Shown piece by piece: positions 1 through 8,398 of a stretch of DNA of 23,701 nt. The notes beneath the pieces are model-generated. The model saw only the letters and a list, made by a program, of their open reading frames with translations, ran no database searches and was not told where the DNA came from. Made by a program: the position numbers and the translations under genes. Source of the stretch: Chiloscyllium plagiosum (lineage: Eukaryota); contig NC_057718.1 in the NCBI RefSeq assembly GCF_004010195.1, positions 34,621,239 to 34,644,939 of the forward strand. The letters are read 5' to 3'. The stretch's first letter is position 1, and each line of letters begins with the position of its first letter.

Positions 1-122
1 TTGTGCATTTCCAATTGTAATCATTCTCCCACCAGCAATGATGCATTCAGCCTTCTTAGGCCAAGGCTCTTGAACTCCCACACAAAATCTTTCTCACCTT
101 CTACATCAGTCTCCCCCCTCTT
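1..122 (+). mobile_element. Decayed L2-type LINE 3' fragment
   Basis: ttgtgcatttccaattgtaatc...gcattcagc aligns by eye with 7977-8027 (ttgtgcatccccagttttaatc...actttcagt), which lies just downstream of the L2 C-terminal coding relic. Confidence 0.4.
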
Positions 123-829
123 GGAGTATCATGCCCTAGGTGACCTAGTTTATGTACAACTGGCAATCATTTCATTGAATGGGCAACAGTGAATCACTGG
201 GATTGAATACCAAATGTGAAATGGTATGGAATTGTGCTCCCTACACATATTCCCAAATTCCTCTCCTCAAATTATACAATGCTGAGATTATGCTAATTAA
301 TTTAATATCCAATAAACTGTTCAGAATTTAAATTCAAAATGGAGGAGGTGTAATGATTCATTGCCCAATGTCTATCATCAACCAACATGATTAGTAGACT
401 ATTGATCATTTATTTCATTGTTTTTTAATGGACCTTGTGAATAAATTGGCTGGTGGATTGCATACATTATCACAGAAGACAAAAGTAAATTTTTCTGTGT
501 AGCACTTTGGTTGTGAAAGCCATCGCTTTCCTTTGTTAATAAATATAACACAAATAATCGATGCAGATTTTCCGATGGCCAAACAGTTGCTTGTGAGGGG
601 TAGATGGGAGTTGTGTATAGGCAAAATCTAAGATATTGCAGATGCAAGGGGAATTTCCTGGGACATTTGAAGTCCTGCTGGGAAGCTCCCAAACTTTTCC
701 ATTGAAATGAGAGAATTCCATTGCAGTGAATTTAAAAAAATTATTCAGGAAAAGATAGACAATTAAATACCTATTTTAATTTCTGAATATAATAGGTTCC
801 AACTAACCAGCCCCCTCAATTGCACTTCT

Positions 830-1130
830 CTTTACAAGCCCTGCCCCCATCTCTATGGCCAGGGCCTGACACAGCCCCATAACCCACAGGACCAGTTAGT
901 CCTTGCCTTGATGCCTGATTTGACAACTCTTGCCCCATGTCCAGAACTGACGCAGCCTCTTCCTGCAGGACCCAAAACCTTGTTCCCTGCTGATGGACTT
1001 AACACTTGTTTGCCGTCAACACACATGACATACCCCCTGCCTCGCAGGACTGACTCCTCCTCCCATCAGACCTGATACCCTCTACCCCCACTGAATCAAT
1101 ATCTCCCATCCATCAGATCTATCTTAAACA
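830..1130. repeat. C-rich degenerate minisatellite-like tract
   Basis: Recurring ccc..cagg(a/g)cctgac(a/g)c motif (cagggcctgacacagcc, cagaactgacgcagcc, caggactgactcc, cagacctgataccc) at irregular ~25-50 nt spacing. Confidence 0.35.
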
Positions 1131-1226
1131 CTCCATCACTTAGTTGGCACCATTTCACCCTTAAGCCCTGGTACCCTACCTTCCTGGCATCTCACCACTA
1201 CACACTTGGCACACTTTTTCTATCTG

Positions 1227-1368
1227 GTAAAAACAATGACTGCAGATGCTAGAAACCAGATTCTGGATCAGTGGTGCTGGAAGAGCACAGCAATTCAGGC
1301 AGCATCCGAAGACAGGCCGGATGCTGCCTGAATTGCTGTGCTCTTCCAGCACCACTGATCCAGACTCT
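1227..1368 (-). mobile_element. Fold-back Penelope-like terminal element (subfamily A), truncated before the hammerhead
   Basis: Perfect 47-bp inverted arms 1262-1308/1318-1364 with a 9-nt loop; same leader as 18214 and 23474; flanked by ctttttctatct-ggta (1214-1229) and ctttttctatct-atct-ggta (1367-1386). Confidence 0.8.
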
Positions 1369-1451
1369 TTTTCTATCTATCTGGTATCCTGGGAGCCTGG
1401 CACCTGACCCTCCTGACACATTGTACACACACTTACTCGATGTAGTTTTAA

Positions 1452-1645
1452 AATTTAGCATGGCCAATTCACCTGACCTGCACATCTTTGGACTATGGGA
1501 GGAAACCGGAGCACCCGGAGGAAACCCACGCAGACACGGGGAGAATGTGCAAACTCCACACAGTCAGTCGCCTGAGTCGGGAATTGAACCCGGGTCTCTG
1601 GCGCTGTGAGGCAGCAGTGCTAACCACTGTGCCACCGTGCCATCC
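1452..1645 (-). mobile_element. HE1-type tRNA-derived SINE, 3'-truncated
   Basis: Minus strand has A box TGGCACAGTGG, B box GGTTCAATTCC and the body tgtgtggagtttgcacattctccccgtgtctgcgtgggtttcc; homologous to three other copies in the window. Confidence 0.9.
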
Positions 1646-1697
1646 AAAATGATTTGGATGTGAGCATAAGAGGTATATTTAGTAAGTTTGCAGATGA

Positions 1698-1911
1698 GGA
1701 GAAAGTGAGGTCTGCAGATGCTGGAGATCAAAGTTGAAACTTTATTGCTGGAACAGCACAGCAGGTCAGGCAGCATCCAGGGAACAGGAGATTCGACGTT
1801 TCGGGCACAGGCCCTTCTTCAGGAATGAAGAAGGGCCTGTGCCCGAAACGTCGAATCTCCTGTTCCCTGGATGCTGCCTGACCTGCTGTGCTGTTCCAGC
1901 AATAAAGTTTC
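1698..1911 (-). mobile_element. Fold-back Penelope-like terminal element (subfamily B) with hammerhead motif and 14-bp TSD
   Basis: Perfect 88-bp inverted arms 1734-1821/1826-1913, loop ggaa; TSD aagtttgcagatga at 1684-1697 and 1912-1925. Confidence 0.88.
1791..1826 (-). ncRNA. Minimal type I hammerhead ribozyme motif
   Basis: Minus strand reads AUUC-CUGAAGA-A-GGGC-CUGU-GCCC-GAAAC-GUC-GAAU: full core, 4-bp stem I (AUUC/GAAU), 4-bp stem II, stem III reduced to the palindrome ACGU. Confidence 0.75.
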
Positions 1912-2944
1912 AAGTTTGCAGATGACACTGAAATTGGAGGTGTAGTGGACAGCGAAGAAGGTTACCTCAGATTATAACAGGATCTTGATCAGATGGGCCT
2001 TCCTATCGGAAAGATGTTGTGAAACTTGAAAGGGTTCAGAAAAGATTTACAAGGATGTTGCCAGGGTTGGAGGATTTGAGCTACAGGGAGAGGTGGAATA
2101 GGCTGGGGCTGTTTTCCCTGGAGCATCGGAATCTGAGGGGTGACCTGATAGAGGTTTACAAAATCATGAGGGGCACGGATAAGATAAATAGACAAGATCT
2201 TTTGCCTGGGTTGGGGGAGTCCAGAACTAAAGGTCATATGTTTAGGGTGAGAGGGGAAAGATATAACAGAGACCTAAGAGGCAATGTTTTCACATGCAGA
2301 TGGTGGTACATGTATGGAATGAGCTGCCAGAGGAAATGATGGAAGCTGGTACAATTACAATATTTAAGAGGCTTCTGGATGGGTATATGAATAGGAAGGG
2401 TTTGGAGGGATATGGGCCGGGTGCTGGCAGGTGGGACTAGATTGGGTTGGGATATCTGGTCGGCATGGACGGGTTGGATCAAAGGGCCTGTTTCAATGCT
2501 GTACATCTCTATGACTTTATGACTCCTGTGTAAAGGGGGGCATGGTTTACCATTGCTTGACTGTTCTGTGTTACAAAGGACCTGTCAAAATAAAGTATGG
2601 CCCAACATTTCTAAAGGACCCCCAATGAGAATGTTTTGGTTGAAATGCAGAACTCTTTCACAATGCAAAAATAAATGGAGCGACAATCACTTATCAATCC
2701 TCAGAAAATCTATACCAGTGTTTCTTATTCTTTGTAATGTTAAACAGGAAGATGATATTCTGTATGTACCACATCATTGTCCTGTAAGTTAACTTAGCCC
2801 AGGCCCCATTCTTAGAACTGTGGATGAGTTTCCACGTTACCTTATTACCCACATATATCCATCAATGATCAATATTACGCTTTAGTGCAAATTAGAATTT
2901 GAACAATTTTTGCCTCATTTCAAACCCCTATCTCCAGAATCTAG

Positions 2945-3172
2945 GAGATCAGTTTGCTCAGTTGGCTGGATAGTTGGTTTGTAATACAAAGTGAACCCAC
3001 AGTGTTGTTCGATTCCCCCATCAGCTGAGGTTACCATGAAGGACCCTCCTTCTCGACCTCTCCCCTTGCCTAATGTGGGATGTCCCTCAGGTTAAACCAC
3101 CAATAGTCATCTCTCTTTGATGAGACAGCAGCCCTTTGGTCCAGTAGTGCTGTGGCAACCTTACCTTCACTT
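2945..3172 (+). mobile_element. tRNA-derived SINE (non-HE1), possibly RTE-type tail
   Basis: A-box-like ttgctcagttgg, B box gttcgattccc, terminal accttaccttcactt repeat. Confidence 0.65.
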
Positions 3173-4358
3173 CAGAATATGTTGAATTATTTTAGAGTAA
3201 CTGACCTTTTTTTTTCAGAAGTACAAAAGCAATGCAAAAAAGGCAAATAAGAGCTATTTCTAAATACTCTCCTGAAGTTCCTTGTGGTTTCACTCAATGG
3301 TATGGAATGAGTCATGTTCAGTTTTACTTCCTCCTAATTTTGGTACTTATTAGCCACAAGAAATTCGTTTTTATTTCATCCAGGTTAATAGGAAATATGA
3401 GTGTCTTCATTTCACCAGTAGCTAGTGTTGTGATTTACACATACTTGCACTATACAATTGTGCAACATCATGGAACACAATTGACTGTCAGATACCAGAT
3501 TTCCTGCTGGAGAGGGTTATTTGTGCTCCGTTTGGTTCAGCGTTGTTAATAGCCTCTGAAATTGGTCTTAGTCATCCTACTTTTGGAGTTCTGACTGGTG
3601 CTGCAATGCAGGGTGGAATTTTCCCATTTCTGGTTAAATTGTTTTGTCATTTGAGATTCTTAGTGCCTGGTCTGCGAGGATTGTATTTTTTAAATACAAT
3701 CTTCTGCACTTCACCTCATTACTTATTCCACCAGACTCTTGGGCACCTTTGTAATGGAATTGAACAGCCAGAAGGATGAAAGTGCTAGCCGTACAAGGAT
3801 CCACTTGAGCTAATGCCAATAAAGCTATATATAAAACCCAAATGCCAAAGTGTCCATTTAAACACCATTTCAAATGTTGTAAGTCAGGACTTACTCCGCA
3901 CAGTGTGGTGCTTAACTGTTATTACTGAGGACATGGTCCAGAGGTAAGGAAAGCTTTTTCCCTACTTCACAAACAGGGAGCTGGAAGTCTTAGTGCATGG
4001 GGTGATGGAGGGGAGTCCAGTCCTTTTTTTTGCAGGCCACCACTACTCCTTCACTGCAGCTCTCCATGTTGTTCCTTTTGATGCCTTTTGCCTATGCGCA
4101 ATAGTGAACCTGATTTATTATACATGGCTTTACACCATGGTACCCATTACTTCAAGACGCTTCAAAGAATATTGGAGTGGGCACTGTGTGAATGATTGGT
4201 TTACCACCATGATGCTGTAGGCACAGCAATTTAGGACTTAATTAACATTTAAAAGTGGATGTTATCCTTTTTCCGTCAAGGATCAGGATATTTATCCACG
4301 TAAGCCATGCATTTTACTTAGCATTTGACAATCACGAGTTCTTTTTGGCAGCAGACTT

Positions 4359-4660
4359 TAGATTAGATTCCCTACAGTATGGAAACAGGCCCTTTGGCCC
4401 AACAAGTCCACACCGACCCTCCGAAGAGTAACCCACCCAGATTCATTTCCATCTGACTAATGCACCTATCACTATGGGCAATTTAGTACAGCCAATTCAC
4501 CTGACCTGCACATCTTTGGACTGTGGGAGGAAACCGTAGCAAGCCCACGCAGACACATGGAGAATGTGCAAACTCCACACAGACAGTCACCCAAGGCTGG
4601 AATAGAACCTGGGACCCTGGTGCTATGAGGCAGCAGTGCTAACCACTGAGCCACCGTGCC
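4359..4660 (-). mobile_element. HE1-type SINE, near full length
   Basis: Minus strand A box TGGCTCAGTGG and B-box-like GGTTCTATTCC; tail agggcctgtttccatactgtagggaatctaatcta. Confidence 0.92.
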
Positions 4661-4662
4661 AC

Positions 4663-4763
4663 ACATCACATCCTCTCTCAACTCTGCCACTACGCTCACA
4701 ACTTTGATACTCCCTCCATCACGCCTTTTTCACCAAGGGCACACCAAGCAAACTCTCCTGCTC
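4663..4763 (+). repeat. 101-bp direct repeat, copy 1
   Basis: Ungapped alignment with 5402-5502, 11 mismatches by manual count. Confidence 0.9.
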
Positions 4764-4879
4764 TCTTGAATCAATGCACTGCTTCACTTACATTCCTGGT
4801 GCATGCACGATGGTCCTGGTAGGGAACAAGAGGAAGCTAAGAAAGAATGATTGTTTCCCAGCGAGGGCAAGAACAACCT

Positions 4880-5170
4880 GGGCGGCACAGTGGCACTGCT
4901 GCCTCACAGCGCCGGAGATCTGGGTTCGATTCCCACCTCAGGCAACTGTCTGTGTGGAGTTTGCACATTCTCCCCGTGTCTGTGTGGGTTTCCTCCGGGT
5001 GCTCTGGTTTCCTCCCACAGTCCAAAAATGTGCAGGTTAGGTGAATTGGCCATGCTAAATTGCTTGTAGTGTTAGATGTAGGGGAATGGGTCTGGGTGGG
5101 TTACCCTTTGGAGGGGTGGTATGGACTTGTTGGGCGGAAGGGCCTGTTTCCACACTGTAAGTAATCTAAC
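4880..5170 (+). mobile_element. HE1-type SINE, near full length with small 5' deletion
   Basis: B box ggttcgattccc, HE1 body, tail gaagggcctgtttccacactgtaagtaatcta. Confidence 0.92.
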
Positions 5171-5283
5171 TTAAAGAGCATTGTTTAGTTCAGGGAAAGG
5201 ATCAGTGCCTGCAACATCACTCCTAATACCTGCATTCTATTAGAAGATTGGAAAATTTAAACACTTTAAACACTCTGGGAATA

Positions 5284-5368
5284 CCCTGTATGTTATGATC
5301 TGCCTGTACTACTCGCAAAACAAAGCTTTTCACTGTACATAGGTACATGTGAAAGCAAAAAATCAAAA
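5284..5368 (+). mobile_element. LINE 3' tail, Rex1/Babar-like
   Basis: gcaaaacaaagcttttcactgtacataggtacatgtga followed by an A-rich end; recognised from memory of fish LINE tails. Confidence 0.45.
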
Positions 5369-5401
5369 GTCAGTACATCTTTTACCTTTCCATCTCTGTC
5401 A

Positions 5402-5502
5402 ACGTCACGTCACCTCTCACCTCTGCCACTACACTCTCAACTTTCATACTCCCTCCATCACGTCTTTTACACCAAAGGCACACCAAGCAAACTCTCCTGC
5501 TC
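5402..5502 (+). repeat. 101-bp direct repeat, copy 2
   Basis: See 4663-4763. Confidence 0.9.
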
Positions 5503-5559
5503 ACTACAAACACATTCATTTGTTCTCTACTTCTGTTCTTGCCAAACAGGGAGTAAAGC

Positions 5560-6245
5560 TATTACAGATCTAGCATTATGTAATGAGGCAGAATTAATCC
5601 ATAATGCCTGAGAACAAGATCCACTGGGGAATAGTGATCATAATGCAATTCATTTCATGCTAAATTTGAAGTTGGAATTCGTCAATCACAAGCAAACAAT
5701 CACAACTTAAACAAACAAAGCCAATTACATCACTATGAGGGGAAAACTGTCTAAAGTTTTTTTTCTGTGAACAAATGTAAAGTGTGGTAGCAAATAAACA
5801 GTAGGAAGCATTTAAAAAAAACACAAAATACTCAGGAGAAACCCATTCCATTAAAAACAAAAACTCAATAAGAATTACTCATCTGTAGGTCTCTGAAGAA
5901 GTTAAGGACAATATTAGATTAAAAGGCTATGCTTATAATGGTGCAAAGAACAATAGTAAATCTAGGGAGAAGGAATGTTTATACACCAACAAAGGGACCA
6001 CAAAAAAAAGGGAAAAGATAGGACATGAGAACAAGCTAGCCAGAGTATAAAAAACAAGATTAGAAGTGGGAGGCAGAAGAAATGATCGTGGGATGAAGAA
6101 ATGACAGAGACATTGAATTAATACTTTGTGTCTGGTTTTACAGTAGAAAACAGATGTTACCATACCAGAAAAAGAGGGTAACCTAAAAGCTAATTAAAAT
6201 AATGAAATTAAAGTAATTAATATCAGCAGAATTAGTATTAGAGAA
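5560..6245 (+). mobile_element. Old, heavily decayed CR1 ORF2 fragment (end of endonuclease and linker)
   Basis: PLGNSDHNAIHF at ~5621-5656 (APE-endonuclease SDH motif) and an LN.YFVSGFTVE-like motif at ~6114-6148; purine-rich; many stops. Confidence 0.7.
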
Positions 6246-6247
6246 AG

Positions 6248-6370
6248 GCAAGTACATTCATGCCACAGAAATGTTAGGTAATAACATCTCCAACAAGAGA
6301 AAAACCATTTCCATTAAACAGAATTACCATTGCTGAGTCCCCACTATTATCCTCCTGGGGTTACCATTTT
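6248..6370 (+). mobile_element. LINE (CR1/L2 clade) RT C-terminal fragment of a different family
   Basis: Decayed TFMPQKC..ITSPTR...ITIAESP..ILLGVTI-like coding remnant. Confidence 0.5.
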
Positions 6371-6374
6371 GCAA

Positions 6375-6595
6375 AGGGCTGTGAATCTTTTCTCAATCAG
6401 TGAGTTTTGTATGCTTCAGTATTGAAAACATTTATGGCTTTGATTGACAGGTTTTATGCTCTTCTTGAGAATCAAGGGATATGGAGAACAGATGGAAAAA
6501 TAGAACCGAAGTCCAATGTAAGCCGTGATCATAGTGAATGAGAGAGAAGGCTAAGTAAGTGATTTTGACTTTTGCTGCTCCTACTTCATGTGTTT
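6375..6595 (+). mobile_element. Old CR1 3' end
   Basis: gctgtgaatct...gaatcaagggatatggaga...ctgctcctacttcatgtgtt resembles CR1 C-terminus and 3' UTR. Confidence 0.6.
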
Positions 6596-6659
6596 TAATT
6601 AGCCCTGTAAATACTACTGCAAAATACTTAACATTTGCAAAAAAAAATCCATGAACTAA

Positions 6660-6850
6660 TACCCTTTATTCACTGTCACTGAGCCAATTTTGGAACCAAC
6701 TTGCCAAATTTTCCTGTATCCTATGGATTTAATTTATCTGACCAGTCTCCTATGTGGGATCTAGTCAAATACCATACTAAAATCCATGTTGATAACTCAC
6801 ACTGCATAATCCTCATCAATCATCCTTGTTACATTATCAAAATTTCAAAA
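6660..6850 (-). mobile_element. Decayed CR1 RT fragment
   Basis: Reverse complement of ctcctatgtgggatctagtcaaataccatactaaaatccatg gives MDFSMVFD*IPHRR, matching MDFSKAFDKVPHGR at ~12112-12153. Confidence 0.75.
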
Positions 6851-7139
6851 CTGATATCTGTTTTCAAGCTGTCAGACTGCTCCCTTCTCTAAGTGATACT
6901 GACTGCATATTCCAGGATACTCACCTCATCCACTCTTCTAGAGATCAGGTGACCTCTATCTTTGCTGTAGTTTTAATTGGGCAGCAATCATTAAACACCA
7001 CTTGAAACATAATCTCACATATTTTGTACACTTTTGATAAATCTCTATTTACTTTCTGGTCTGAGAACCATCTGCTGTAAAGCCCTTCAGATATCTCTAG
7101 TTAGTGATCTGAAGTTGTCAAAATTGTTTTAACAGATTG

Positions 7140-7430
7140 TTGGCTGTGCCTCAATTAGTGACTCCTGTGCTTCTGAGCCACAATACTTTCGCTTCAAGTC
7201 TCACTCCAGAGTTTGAGCATAAAAATCAAGACTGACACTGCTGTGCAATACTGATGGAGCACTGCACTGTCAGAGGTGCCATCCTTCTGCTGAAACTTTA
7301 AACTAAGATCTCATGATACTACTTAAATGAAGAGCAAGGGAGTTATCCCTGGTATCCTTGTCAGTATTAATCTCTCAATCGACATCACAAAAACAGCTGA
7401 CCTCACCATTATTATGGCTAATGCTGTCAA
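7140..7430 (+). mobile_element. Deu-domain SINE (SacSINE1/AmnSINE1-like)
   Basis: tRNA-like head (ttcaagtctcactcc), then ctgacactgctgtgcaatactgatggagcactgcactgtcagaggtgcc and gaagagcaaggggagttatccctggtatcct, typical of the Deu-SINE body. Confidence 0.75.
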
Positions 7431-7569
7431 TCTCCATTTCCCAAGCTATTAACTCCAACCTTCTGTTTAGCAAGCTTAATGTCACATTACAACACAAGGT
7501 GAGCTTCCAAAATCATTCTTGTGATACCACTATTAACCACGTGTTCCCATTTCTGTAACATTTTACCCA

Positions 7570-8040
7570 ATTTCACCCAACTGCTCAAACCCATGCACTA
7601 GTTATCTTGAGAGTCAGCTATTCTAACACACTCCTGACTGATCCCCCACATTCTACCCTGTGCAAACTTGAAGTCATCCAAACCTCTCCTGCCAAAATTT
7701 TAACATGCAGCGAGACCCATTCCCTTATCCCTCCTCCGATCTCTATGTCCCACATTGACTCCCAGTCAATCAATGTCTTGACGTTAAAATTTTTACATGC
7801 AGCGAGACCCATTCCCTTATCCCTCCTCCGATCTCTATGTCCCACATTGACTCCCAGTCAATCAATGTCTTGACGTTAAAATTTTTAACCCAGTTTTCAA
7901 ATCCCTCATTGCCTCGCCTCTTCCTACCTATCCTGATAATTCTCGGGGACATGTGTGCTTCTCTAGTCCTGGTCACTTGTGCATCCCCAGTTTTAATCGC
8001 TCCATGATTAGCAGCTGCACTTTCAGTAGGCTAAGCCTCA
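7570..8040 (+). mobile_element. L2 LINE ORF2 C-terminal relic
   Basis: RVSYSNTLLTDPPHSTLCKLEVIQTSPAKILT resembles the L2 motif RLDYCNSLL.GLP...L.KLQ.IQN.AARIL; followed by H*LPVNQCLDVKI (HWLPV..RI.FKI). Confidence 0.75.
7694..7877 (+). repeat. 92-bp tandem duplication
   Basis: Units 7694-7785 and 7786-7877 differ at 1 position; aaaatttt marks all three boundaries. Confidence 0.95.
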
Positions 8041-8052
8041 AGTTGAAGTATA

Positions 8053-8228
8053 GTTGAAGAGTGTGGCACTGGAAAAGCACAACCGGTCAGGCAGCTTCAT
8101 TCCTGATGAAACGCTTATGCCCAAAACATCAATTCTCCTGCTTCTCGGATGCTGCCTGACCTGTTGCACTTTTCCAGCACCACACTTTCGACTCTAATCT
8201 CCAGCATCTACAGTGCTCACTTTCTATA
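8053..8228 (+). mobile_element. Older fold-back Penelope-like terminal element with decayed hammerhead
   Basis: Imperfect inverted arms ~8052-8095/8151-8193; ATTC-CTGATGA-A-acGC-TTAT-GCCC-aAAAC-aTC at 8099-8130; probable TSD aagttgaagtata (8040-8052) / aggttgtagtata (8229-8241), 11/13 match. Confidence 0.8.
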
Positions 8229-8308
8229 AGGTTGTAGTATACCCTCTGTGGGCATCCACCTCTCTGCCTCACTTTCCACTATTAATGCATCCTTCAAACT
8301 TACCCCTT

Positions 8309-8398
8309 TAGAGTCATAGAGTCATAGAGATGTACGGCACGGAAACAGACCCTTCGGTCCAACTCATCCATGCCGATCAGATATCCCAACCCAATCTA
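8309..8398 (-). mobile_element. CR1 3' tail only (5'-truncated)
   Basis: Reverse complement matches 2438-2525 and 20971-21052; tandem agagtcat tail units. Confidence 0.9.

Larger units (their letters stand above)
1647..2525 (+). mobile_element. CR1 LINE 3' portion: RT fragment, internal deletion near 1999/2000, C-terminus and 3' UTR; interrupted at 1698-1911
   Basis: Encodes SKFADD..IGGVVDSEEGYLRL then [45 protein letters not shown]; ends in ctctatgactttatgactc; colinear with 20275-21052. Confidence 0.92.

Noticed and set aside
1262..1364. Hairpins as pre-miRNAs, rho-independent terminators or classical MITEs
   Set aside because: Eukaryotic repeat context, asymmetric ends, 13-16 bp TSDs and variable turn points fit retro-insertion better; no small-RNA evidence is available
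1575..1645. tRNA gene (also SINE heads at 2950, 4880, 15905, 21475)
   Set aside because: A/B boxes run directly into SINE bodies; no complete cloverleaf
1728..1928. Near-identical peptides on both strands (ORFs 1728-1928 minus and 1734-1925 plus)
   Set aside because: Artefact of the 88-bp palindrome; not a gene pair
4472..5069. Cluster of similar Cys-rich small ORFs (GTVAQWLALLPHS...), also at 1.5 and 19.7 kb
   Set aside because: Translations of HE1 SINE copies
7694..7886. CRISPR-like array or any prokaryotic system
   Set aside because: No repeat-spacer periodicity anywhere; the duplication is a simple two-unit tandem in vertebrate DNA
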